Positions 25,885-37,719 of a DNA stretch of 64,000 nucleotides are shown here, one piece after another (positions within the stretch are counted from its first letter, which is position 1; each line of letters opens with the position of its first letter). A model generated the notes under the pieces. The model had not been told where the DNA came from, searched no databases, and saw only the letters and a list, made by a program, of their open reading frames with translations. A program made the position numbers and the translations under genes. The stretch is from Felis catus (taxonomy: Eukaryota): assembly GCF_018350175.1 (NCBI RefSeq), contig NC_058368.1, positions 155,808,001 through 155,872,000 on the forward strand, in the 5' to 3' direction.

Positions 25885-26030
25885 GCTTCCTATGGTCTAG
25901 ATACTATGGTAAATGTTTGTCTCAATCACAATCTCATTAAGGTTGTACTATTATTATACTCGTTTACAGATAAAGAAATTGAGGCCTAAGGAGTTTAAAT
26001 AACTTGCCCCAAATCACACAGCTAGTGAGT
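25885..26030 (-). mobile_element. MIR
   Basis: tttacagataaagaaattgaggcctaaggagtttaaataacttgccccaaatcacacagctagtgagt is the MIR core. Confidence 0.85.
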
Positions 26031-26641
26031 CTATAATTCTATCACAGAAGTATATTGCACCTATAATAGAAAACAGAAAAACCCAATAGGATGATATACC
26101 TATTGGAAAATCACATATTACCCAGGAATACTACTAAGTTTTTAAAAGGGGAGAGAGGGAACTATTTAAAAATTCAATCACCTACTATTCTATGTCACTG
26201 GCCTTTGAAATTTTCTTCAGAATGTGAACACAGGCTCATATAACAATTATTTTCTGAAGGAATGTTATTTATGTATTCCTATAACCTTATCGACTAGAAA
26301 TGGAAGCTCTTGTGCAGATGACAGAGCCAGAAGCTAAAGTCTAGGTGCCTGGTCATATACATCCTCAAATAAAGAAGGTCAATCCACATACTATATAATG
26401 AAACAGCTCTTCACTTATCAATATTAGATATTCATAAATTTATGAAACTAAAAAATAGACAAAAACTCTGGACACCAAAAAAAAAAATGTCCTAGATTCT
26501 AAATGTTCCCAGTCGCTATTCCTGGGAAGAGAAAAATATTAAAATTTCTCTAATTCTAAAACAGACTGGTAGCCATTTGTGTAAACAGCACAAAGAGCAA
26601 TTATTTCAGCAAGAAGAGCACAGCCACAGGGCTGGAAAAAA

Positions 26642-26929
26642 TCCCTTCCTCAGTGAAGCCTTTCCTGACCACCCTATTTTAAATATCTCCCCGAGAATTC
26701 TCTAGCCCCATTCTGTTTTATTTTCCTTCATAGTACCTAGCACAGTCTAATATATTGCATGCTTTACTTTATATATGTATTGTAATTGTTTATTAACCAT
26801 CTTCTCCCACCACTAGAATGCAAGTCCAGGAAGGCATGGACTTTTCTGTTTGGATCCAGCTACATTCACAATGCCTAAAAGACAGGCTGGCACATTGTAG
26901 GCACTCAGTAAATAAAGGAATGAATAAAC
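26642..26929 (+). mobile_element. L2 3' end
   Basis: cttcctcagtgaagcctttcctgaccaccctatt; actagaatgcaag; ctggcacattgtaggcactcagtaaata...gaatgaat. Confidence 0.85.
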
Positions 26930-27121
26930 TTTTGGAATAAGGAATGTTATCAAGCATCACCAGTGACCTCCTTTAAATAAAAGGTATTTAACTAAATAAT
27001 GAGTCTTCTTATTATAATACTTGCCTGATTCAGAAAGCATATATGGAGATGAAAATGATATATGACTATAAGAAATTTTAAAAGAGTTACACAATGCTAA
27101 GAATTGAAAAGATATAACTGT

Positions 27122-27329
27122 GGGGGTGCCTGGTGGCTCACTTGGTTAAGCGTCCAACTTCAGCTCAGGTCATGATCTCACAGTTTGTGGTCTGAGCATC
27201 GCATCAGGCTCTGTGCTGACAGCTCAGAGATTGGATTCTGCTTTGGATTCTGTCTCCATCTCTCTCTGCCCCTCCCTCACTCACGCTCTGTCTCTCAAAA
27301 ATAAACATTAAAAAAATTAAAAAAAAAAA
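27122..27329 (+). mobile_element. CanSINE (SINEC_Fc-like) between the two exons
   Basis: Head gggggtgcctggtggctc; gtgctgacagctcaga; A tail. Confidence 0.93.
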
Positions 27330-30300
27330 CGTAGCTGTATATTAGTAGCAATTAAGTATGCAGGAACAGAAGTATGAAGTGTCAAGCAGTCACATTAGCT
27401 TCTCTTGCATGCAATGTCCAGATTATGATGCTGACAGCAGGTCTGACTGAAGTGAGAGGAAGGGAAGTAGATGAGAGATGGAGAAAACCAAATGTGAGAA
27501 GAAAATTCCTTTTTACCAAAGAATGTTATATAAAAAGAGAGGAATCACTCGTTAAAATGGCTTTTTTAAAAAAGGGAAGTGGTAAGAAGAAAAATTAAAC
27601 AGCAAAGCTGTCAGTGTATAATAAAACAGAGGTCAAAGAGGTTCCCAGTCATTCATTTACCAAAGAGTATGCCTAAATGTGCACAAATAAAATACCTCTT
27701 AAAATCATTGAGGCCTTAACGGATCCTGGAATGGCTATGGAAATGGACATCTGTTTATCTTAATAGAAAAAACAAACAAATAAAAAAAAAAACCCAAACT
27801 CTAAAGCTATAGACTTTCTAGTAGGTTCTGATCACTCTTTCTCTCTTTGACTAAGTACCCTGTTAACAAGGAACTGAGTCAACTTTTTAAGCAATGGAAT
27901 GTTGGCACTTTAAATTCCACAGTAATCACTTGAAAACTGGAAGAGTGCTTATTTTCAGAAGATAAAGATGTGTTTTTTATATTACAATGCTGTTCAAGAA
28001 TATTTAAAGGGCTGCAAATTAAGGTAGCCGTGAATAGATGAATAAAAGTTTTACTGGAACGTGCAGAAGAACTGACTTTAAAAACATGAAAACACCAGAA
28101 TATTCAGGGGGAAAAAAAAACAATGAAAATGACAAATGTAGTGGTATTAATGATTAAGGAGTAAGAGCAGTATTTGAGATAGTCACTGGCTTATATTCAT
28201 CTGAATTCAACACAGAATTCTTAAAGTTGGTATCTATAACTTTCTCTATATAAAGTTAGTGCTGAGTTTAAACAGTACAATATCTATATGGTTAAAACAT
28301 AATTTTCATCATTAGCTTAATTAAGTTTGAAACTGGCTGTTCAGGCCATTGTCTTCAAACAGTGGTAATTCATTAACTGAGCTTTCATTAAGGAGTGCAT
28401 ATAAAAGTCATTCTAGTGCACTACCTCACTTTATTGACCAATCAAATTCAAAGACCAACTGATCAGTGAGAACAATTTTTAGCAGTTAACCATTCACTTT
28501 AGGATACTCATGAACCCCACTAATTGTGATGATTATTTAAATATGACTGAATAAAATGAACAAAAATTTATAATCAAGTTACTAATTTATGTAATCTAAA
28601 ATTCTATACAAGTGTGAGACACTACAATTGAGAATAATGTGTACATGAAAATATATGTAGGGTAGGGAGTAAACATAATACATGATCATAATTTTTACCA
28701 TCAGATCATGGGTTTCCACAGGGTGTTGTTATTTATGAAAAGAGAAAAAAGGGAAGAAAAGAGAAGAGTCTCTCTTTCCTTATTAAATAGTTCTATAAAA
28801 CTAAAACTTAGTTCATCATCAGAGAAAAAAAAAACTTTGGTGCTATTCCTATAATAAAAAGAACAACTCTGATACAAAACAAAACAAAACAAAACAAAAC
28901 AAGACACTTTCAATGCTGGCTTTGGGATTTAAGAGAACTCAGGAGAAAATAATTACACAAGAAAAATTTCACAACTATACAAAATATATGACGACAATTT
29001 GAGGAGAGATATTAATTTCCTAAAACAAACCAAAAAACTTTGGTTTCTTTTCAGTTCATGAAATCAGGAAATCTTTGCTAACCAAAAATGGACATGACAC
29101 TTACTATACGTCTCATTTAGTGTAAAGCTTTTTCTATGTTAATTAGCTTTATAGTCTAAATTTAAATGAGAGGAAAATAATCAGATCTATAAAACAAAGT
29201 CTTCTTAAACCTCATCCCAGGCTTTCTATAAATAAAATAGTAAAACTTAATCATATAACATAATCTATAGGCCAAATATCTTCTGATTTCTCCTGGAAAT
29301 CTAAGGGACAGAAGTGAGTTTAAAAGTTCCGTGTAACTGCAAGTATTGCAGAGTTAAATGACTCAATATTAATTGTGTTGTAACAATAAATAAACCTAAG
29401 TCTCTTTAAATATCATTCTTCAGAAACTTTGAAAGAAATAAAATTAACAAGAAAGGTAGACTGAACAAAAGGAAGAAAAGTTTCCAAATAAATGAGGGTT
29501 AGTGTAGCTATTGCACAGAATGATATATTATTCACTAGTACATCACAAGCACTTGGAACAGTGCCCAGCACCTAAAAGACACTTAAACAAATATTTGTTG
29601 AATAAAATAATAAATGATTAGCATTGTGACCTAGCATTTTAGCTTGCTTATGTAAAACTAAATATAAGATAGATTTTCCTTTTAAATATTGAAGTATGAA
29701 TTAATTTGTGAGGATAAATATTAAGAAATCCTCAAACGCTCCAATTCATAGAGTAACATTATCCAAGGAATTTAAAAATCTCATGCAAAATTTCATGTAA
29801 ACAAAGTAATTATATGCACAGTTTTGTGCCTTAAATTAATTATTCATTAAGCCTTCCAGATTTTTATATATCATAAAATCAGAGAGTTGTCAGCAATATC
29901 AAGGATCATGTAATCTAGTACCACCATCATTTCACATATAAGATAACTATTTCTTCAGTTTTTTGCTTACTATTTCAGGTTTTACATTAAAACACTTTTT
30001 TGCAAATTTGATATTGAGAACAAATCTCAAACTTTTTCACTATAAAATGGCAAAATGTACAAAATTTGAAAAGAATGCTCTCAAAAACCAGGAAGCATGA
30101 GGAATGAATTTGGGAATATCCAGAGGAAATAACATGGACATAAAAATATAAACAATCAAGAAATATTTAAAGAGATGGTGTATTTGTAGTACAACAATAA
30201 GTACCTTAGTTTACTTCAAATATGTAAGTAAAAATAAATTATATAAATTAAACGAGAACGGGCAGATGGGGTAGTCCTTTTAAATGCATCACCTTTTTCA

Positions 30301-30534
30301 AAAAAGTCTGGTTATTAGTATTTTTTGCCTCTACATTTAAAAGTACTACTTTCAAAGAACTATTGTGCACAATGAAATGCGGTATACAGATGTATTTAAT
30401 ATTATCATTATCAATATCAACATATTAGAACCTTAACATTTAAACTTACCACAGTTAAACTAATATAACCATTTTCTCCTGAATTGAAAACTAACTCATT
30501 TGGAAGTTTAAGCATTTTTAAAAACAGGACTTAC

Positions 30535-30600
30535 TGGTATAGAGATTTTTTTCAAATTACAGTCCTTTTCCAGGAGCTCATATACATATTTCGTGATGAT
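30535..30600 (-). CDS. FAM172A: FAM172A (ARB2A) internal coding exon, 66 nt
   Basis: Acceptor gtttttccccccctacctAG (AG at 30602-30601), donor CCA|GTAAGT (GT at 30534-30533). Translates IITKYVYELLEKDCNLKKISIP (22 codons) and joins in frame to VDATES of the next exon. Not in the ORF track. Confidence 0.94.
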
Positions 30601-30702
30601 CTAGGTAGGGGGGGAAAAACACATTAAGATGTAATGTCATCCATTATCAAAACCCACATGAATTATTATGTTATTACTCTGAATGAGTTTCTATCTTTGA
30701 AT

Positions 30703-31006
30703 GTTTTCCCTCCAGTTTTATTGAGAAATAATTGACATGCATCTCTGTAAGTTTAAGGCATTACAGCATGATGGTTTCATCTACATATACTGTGAGATGA
30801 TTACAACAGGTTCAGCTATCCTCCAACTTCTCATGTAGATAAAACAAAAAGAAAATAAAGAACAAAAATTTTAAAAAGGAAAAAAACTTTCTCCTTGTGA
30901 TGAGAACCCTTAGGATTTATTCTCTTAAAAACTCCTCTATGTATCCGACATAGTGATCATGTTGTACACTACATCCCTAGTACTTATTTCATAACTGAAA
31001 AGTTTT
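30703..31006 (-). mobile_element. L1 3' end (L1MA9-like), sense to FAM172A
   Basis: cagttttattgagaaataattgaca...gtaagtttaagg...tccttgtgatgagaacccttaggattta...catgttgtacactacatcc. Confidence 0.8.
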
Positions 31007-31374
31007 GATACTAAATTTGGAGACTTCTTACTGATTACCTGTGATGGCATACTTCTTGCTGCTGTGTGAATAACTGTGAACCTTAATACTAAAATTTAGG
31101 GCCACTTAATATAAACTCACAAAAATATACAAGGACTTTCTGCTTTTCAAGGCAATACTCTGCTTTTTTCAGTGTTTCTAGAACCTATTTCCCTACAATT
31201 TCCAGATAGGAATAGTATCTGATTTGTATTTCCATATAGGAATTTGCATGTTGACTAAATTCTAACACCTCTTTTGTATTTACTGAATCAAAAAGTAAAA
31301 GGTCAGAGGTATTCTAAACAAAAAAAAAAGGAAAATTATTCCAGAAAAATCTGGCACCAATTAGTATTATTGTT

Positions 31375-31938
31375 TGCAGCAGGCAGAAACACAGTTCCCC
31401 AAAGATGTCCACACTCTAACTCCGGAAACCTATTCATATTTTATGTTACATGGTAAAAGGAACTTTGCAGATATGATTAAGGTGAAGGACCAGAGATGGG
31501 GAGATTTTCCTGGATTATCCAAATTGGCCCAATCTAATCCTTTAACTCCTTAAAAGTGGAAGATCATAGAAGAAGAAAGGGATGTAAAGTGAAAAGACCT
31601 TGAATGGTCATTGCTGGTTTTGAAGTTGGAGGAAGGAGACCATAACCAAATGTGGTGGCTTCTAAAAGGCACGATAACCTTTAAACAGCCAGTAAGAAAA
31701 CAAGACCTCAGGTCTGTATTTACAAGGAACTGAATTCTGCCAACAACTCAAATAAGCAGTAAGTGGATTCTCTCCTAGAGCCTCCAAAAAGGAATATAGC
31801 CTGTGCATACCTTGATTTCAGTCTGGTGACAATCATACTGGACCTCTGACCTACAGAAGTAGGAGGTAGTATATTTGTGTGGTTTTAAGCCATTGAATTC
31901 ACAGTAATTTGTTACCACAAAACTAGAAAGCTAATGTA
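31375..31938 (+). mobile_element. MLT1-family (ERVL-MaLR) solo LTR
   Basis: ccccaaagatgtccac, ggaactttgcagatatgattaagg, caaggaactgaattctgccaacaac, cctagagcctcca, ttttaagcca...gtaatttgtta...aaagctaat. Confidence 0.9.
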
Positions 31939-32799
31939 CTATTTCTATGAAGAACAGGAAAGAGAATGAGGAAAGAGATGCTGAGTAAAAGCAATGATTT
32001 AATAGATTTCAATGGTCATTTTAAGGAGTGTCGTTCCCTCAAAAAAAAAAATCTTTAATCATCTATGCACAATATCTCAGAGGATAATTTTAGTAGCAAC
32101 ATAATTAAAAATCAAATTTTATGAAGCAAAATAAGAAGATGATTTTTTTTTTAGAAAATTAAGATGTCTTGAAGGAGGTCAAAATCCTTTCTTCTATGTA
32201 TATGTATTAATTCATTTTGAAAGAGTATAGTAGATGCATGCTAGAACATCGCTTCCTTGACTAATAATGATAATTTCAAACACTACAACACTCACTATAC
32301 TAGAATGAGGCAGTAATTAATAGTTACTAATCAAATAGTATTCCCATATCTTAATGTAGTAGTTAAAATTATGTTCATTATACTGTTACCCGAAGGCAGC
32401 AGTGTTGTAAACTGGAAAAAATAAACTAAAAATATGTAGGGTCAGACAAAAGTATGTATGAAGTCATATAATGCTCTGCCACTTCAAGAAAAATAACTGA
32501 GATTAGCTAAAATGAGTAGCTTATAATTTCCAAAAATTTCCTATTACTTATGAATCACAAAAGATCCTTACATTTAAAGCAATAATAAAAACAATTAAAC
32601 TTAGTTCAAACCCAAATGACTTCTACCACTAAGCAAAATACTTCAGAGATGTAATTTGAGAATTCAATAATTAAACTATTTCAGCAGTTCATACCTTAAG
32701 TCAATATGAAATACAATATTACAATTAATTCTCAACTTTCCTCTACACCATAATATAAAACAATTCAAACACTAGCTTAAGAATTAAAAACAGTAGGGG

Positions 32800-34600
32800 T
32801 ACAGCCTTAAAGACAGAGTCTCCAAACTTTCGTGAATTTTATTTCTAGGAGCCCTACTAGGTTCTCTCTGTGAAGACTAGAGAAAAATCCCTTTCTGCTT
32901 CTAGCAGTGTGTAAGGGAAAAGTAATCATTTAAAAATATTCTAGACCTTTCTGTCTTCCTTAATAAGGCCTGCCCATAAGAGAAACTATTTTACCAGAGC
33001 CTAATTGACATGAGGGAAGGGAAATGCCCAATTCAGGCTCCCTCAAAGACTGAGACCTAATGAAGAATAGAATATTTCCTCCCACACCTCACTACATGAT
33101 CCTCAGATCTGTAGTGTTCCTATAAAATAACAGGGAGTTATAGCTAAAGAACTGTAGGAGTCACACCCTATTTAAGGTCTCTAGGAAAACTCAAAGAAGG
33201 AAGATAGAAACTAAGAAGAGGAAATTTTAGCCTTGGACATGAGAGCTATATAGCAAATAGAAAACACAACCTAACTCTTAGCCAGATAAACATAAAACTT
33301 CAAACTAATGATCCATCTACCAAAGTTCCTTTTACCCAAAACAGCATGCCCAGCTTTCAACAAAAAATAACCAGCCATAATAAAAGACAAAAAGAAACAG
33401 TCTGAAGACATAAATCTAGCATCAGAACCAGACTCAGGGCAGAAAATTTGGAATTATCAGACTTAGAATTTAAAACAACTATGATTACATGCTGAAGAAT
33501 TTACTGGAAAAAGTGGGCAACATAAAAGAATAGGTAAATATGTAAGCAGAGAGATGGAAACTCTAGGAAAGAATAAAAAATAAATGCTAAATAAAAAACA
33601 CATAACAAAAATAAAGAATGCCTTTCATGCACTCATCAATAAATTGGACATGGCTGAGGGGGAAAAAAAAAAAAAAAGAATCAGAGTTTCCAGATATGTC
33701 AATAGACAGTTCCAAAACAAAAATGTAAAGAGAAAAAAAAAAAAAAAAAACAATGAAAAAGTGGAACAGTTTATGTGAGTGGGACAACTGTAACAGGTTT
33801 AACATATGTATAATGGGAATACCCGAAGGAGGATAAAAAGAAAGGAATAAAAGAACTATGTGAAGTAAAATAATGGCTCAGAATTTCCCAAAGTTAATGA
33901 CAGACACAAAACCACAGATCCAGGTAGTATAGAGAACTCCAAAAAAGATAAGTACCAAAAACAATAACTAGTTTTATCATATTAAAACTACACAAAACCA
34001 AATACAAAGAGAGTATCGGGAAAGAAGGTACACCAGGGACAAGGGGGATTCGGAGAAGTGGGGAATGTGGGGGAATTTAGCTACAGAAGAAAAAGGGTAA
34101 GAATTACATCACACTTCTCTTAGAAACAATGTAAGCAAGAGGACTGAAATATTGAGTGTTGAAAGAAAAAACCCATCAATCTAAAATTCTGTATCCAATA
34201 AAATCATGCTTCAAAAATGAAAGAGAAATAGACTTTCTCAGACAAAAAAAAATTGAGGGAATTTTTTTGCAAGTAGAACTGCCTTGCAAAACACACTATA
34301 AGAAATTATTCAGAGGGAAAGAAAATTATATAGGTCAGAATGTACCTAAAGAAAGGAATAGTATGAGAGAAAGAACCAATAAAGGTAAAATATACTTTTT
34401 AAAATTTTCTTATTCTTAATTGATCTAACAGATAACAGTTTGTGCAAAATAACAGCTAGAATGTATTTTGTGATTATAGCTTATAGAAAAGTAAAATGAA
34501 TGACAGCAAGGTTATTAGTTACAGGAGGCAGAAACTGAGAACACTCTGTTATAAATACTGGCACTACCTGTGAAACAGTATGCTGTTACTTGAAAGAAAC
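32800..34600 (+). mobile_element. Old L1 (L1MC/MD-like) 5'UTR and decayed ORF1
   Basis: Track ORF 34156..34419 contains KTHQSKILYPIKSCFKNEREI, resembling the L1 ORF1p C-terminal QPRILYPAKLSF motif; aaaccacagatccagg and coiled-coil-region text lie upstream. Confidence 0.8.
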
Positions 34601-36130
34601 AGCAGAAAGAAAAAAATTACTACTGACAATTTTCCTGGATTTCTTTTAATTCCTAAGAAGAAGCCAGATATACAAAAATAAAACCACAATGGAAAAGATA
34701 GAAAAATAATTTTAAGACTATATATTCATGAAATTGATTGTTGGCTACCAAGAGAATAATGCTTTCTAAGGAATTAGAGTCTAACTAACTTTTTCTAGCT
34801 CAGGGCTAATTGATCTAGAAACTAAACAAAGTTTTAACAAAATGAGGAGGAATGATCAAAGAAATAGACCACAGAAGGAAGGAAAATGAAGTCTGATATA
34901 CACTCTCAATGAGGTACTTCCAACAGAAAAGATATGTTCACTCTGCAATAAATTTACCTTAGAGATTTATTGAGCAATTGCTGTGTGTTTATAATGTATC
35001 TCATACATTTCAGCTTTATTTCTGATCCTTAAACAAGAAGTGAACACTGGTACCCTTTACCACTACAAAAGCACTAAAATTATTCTGGCGGCGTGGGGGA
35101 GTACAGTGGGTGACACTGAGAAGCTACCCAGAATACAATTCAGACCCTTTTGGAACTGGACTTAAGAAATTAAGTGAGATGATAAACATATACGACAAGA
35201 GATATGACTGGTTAAAAGAGAATTAATATTAATAATTAAGTGAAATTATAAAGTTCACTTTACTAAATTGTAAAGCTTCCATTCTTTCTTACTCTGATGA
35301 AAATCCTCTCATTAGCAACAAACTAAATTTGGTCTGATTGACTCACAGCAATAACAATTTTTATTTCACAACTTTATTAAAAATATAAGATAAAAACTTG
35401 TCTATTGGGCTTATTAGGAGAGTAAGAACTTCAGCCCAAAACACAAAACGACAAACCTCATAAATTGTTAGTCATATATACCCCTAAAGAGAATAACTAA
35501 ATGTTAAGAGTATCCTGATTTGAGGTGCAAAGGTAAATAAAATGAACTGAAAGAAAAATTCTGAAAGATTTAACTATATCTCTGCCTCCTGCAATCAAAG
35601 AAAACATCAGAAAATAGACTCCATAGGTTACCTATCTGAATTATGAATTAATAAAATTTGAATTTTAAAATGTTTTAAAAGGAACAGCTTTTAAAGAGCC
35701 TTAGGCTAATCAACCTGGTAAAAATCTAGTTCTAAATGACAAAATGAAATTAAATGATTTTTACAGTAAAGCAACGGTTTACTCTCAGTTCCTACTTAAC
35801 ATAACGTACATGGTATTTTTATTAAATAGATATTTATAGAACAGTTGAAAACAGCTTAGTTCTACCTAAGCATCTCCTTTTAATATTATTCATTTAATTA
35901 GAAAGCTCTGATTTCACAAATAAGTCAAGAGAAGTCAGTGTAGAAGTGTGACTTATAAATGTATCACAAATGTAAAAAAAGTTTGATATTATGAGGTTTT
36001 ACCATATTGGAAGTTTGACAATATTTTGGAGAGAGAATTTTGCTTTTAACACAATCCATTCTAAATTATATCTATTATGTGTTACTCAGTTCCACTTCGC
36101 TTATTAATAAAAATAACACTTAAGCTCCAA

Positions 36131-36345
36131 GGTGGGGATGTTTTGAGCAAGATGGCAGTGGACTAGGAGAACCCTAGGCTCATCTAGTCCCACAAACACA
36201 ACTAGATAACTATCAAATCATCCTAAACACCTCAGATATTGATCTGAAGATTAACAGAGCAAACTCCACAATTAAAGGGAGAAAAGAGGCCACAATGAAG
36301 ATGTGTGTTCATCAAAAGAAAAAGAAAAACAAAACAAAACAAAAT
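36131..36345 (+). mobile_element. Isolated L1 5'-end fragment followed by an A-rich tail
   Basis: G-rich start, YY1-type CAAGATGGC at 36148-36156, acaactagataactatcaaatcatcctaaa resembling a carnivore L1 5'UTR; similarity ends at ~36300. Confidence 0.7.
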
Positions 36346-36489
36346 TTAATTAAGAATAAAAAACTCCATGGCTTTTAAGAAATCAGTCTTATTCTGTTTC
36401 TAAACAAATAAAGTGCAATTGGTAGGGAATTTTAGCTCTAAGCAATGACTTGACTTAGAACATGTTGTCCCCAAAACAGAAAGTTAGAA

Positions 36490-36830
36490 ATATTCAATGC
36501 AACTTTTACTTTTAGGGCTCAAAAATGGATAGCTTTATTTGGGCATAAAATTCTAGATCCATAATTATTTTCTCTGGTATTTTCCGGTTTTCATAGTTGC
36601 AGTGAAAACTTCTGCTATAGGTCTAATTGAGCTTGTCGGTAATCAGGCTTCATTCTCTGGTTTCTTTTATAATGTTCTCTATGTCTTTCAGGGACTTCAG
36701 ATTCACTACCATGTCTAGGTGTGAATTTTGTCTTATTAACCTTCTTGAGGACTCAGTGTACTTCCTGAATCTTTCACCAATTCAGAATACTACCTCTTTA
36801 AGTCTTATTTCCTCTACTTGATTACATTCC
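36490..36830 (-). mobile_element. Old L1 ORF1-region remnant
   Basis: gggcataaaattctag...ttcactaccatgtctaggtgtgaatttt...cttcctgaatct. Confidence 0.5.
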
Positions 36831-37719
36831 TTGAGAATAAAGACTATAGCTTGCACTTGATTATACCTCACACAAAAGTGGGATTAGGTACCCAATAATC
36901 TTTTGATTTTTATTTTTCTCTAATTATTCACTACTGAAATAGCAGAAACAAGCCTAAAAAAGAGAACCCTGTAACCCAGTTGACTACTCATTTATCCTCC
37001 CAATTCTTTCTGGGGATTTCTTAGTCTCATAAATTTCAGACTAAAATATTTGATACAATACACATGGTGTTCTCAGATTTTAAGGTGAAAAACAGTAGCT
37101 AATATGAATAAGATAGAGTTTAATTTGGGGCATTTTATAATATTGTATTTGCTGTTTATTTGCAAAAATATTGCAGCTAAAATTCAGCATGGCTGATTCC
37201 AAAGCTAGTTTATGTTATTTTGAGAGTGACTTTTACCACTAGGTAATTTGAGCATCTGTAGTACTTTTATTGTCAGAAACACTGAATGAAATACTACAGT
37301 TTCCAGAGTATGCCACTTCTACAGCCCCTCCAGCCTCAACTCCTTCTTAATTACTATCTCTACATCCTCATAGATATAAGATACCTAGTCACTTCATAGT
37401 GCTAACTGTAAGAGTGCAATTCAGCATCAGTTTCATGTTACTGGCCTAGGAAGTGGGTAGGAGATTCTTGGCTACCTCTGAGAAAAGTCATCTCCCTTCA
37501 GTTTTTGAGGTTGTGGTTTGGTGAATGCACTAAGAGCTTAGTAGAAAGAAATCACCTACAGTTCTCTCCTTTCTAAGGTCTCATTATTCTGTCTTAGGGC
37601 TTCACCTGAGCTTTGATTAATTAAAAAATTCTTGATATCAGTATATGCACTTCTATTTGTTGCGTGGCATGTGTGTGTGTATCTCATATATTTTAATATG
37701 TATTTAAAATTTACAAATA

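Noticed and set aside
31770..31784. Minus strand reads GAG GCT CTA GGA GAG (EALGE), which I recall as the end of the preceding FAM172A exon
   Set aside because: It is not followed by a GT donor, upstream codons do not match FAM172A, and it is the standard cctagagcctcca motif of the MLT1 LTR.
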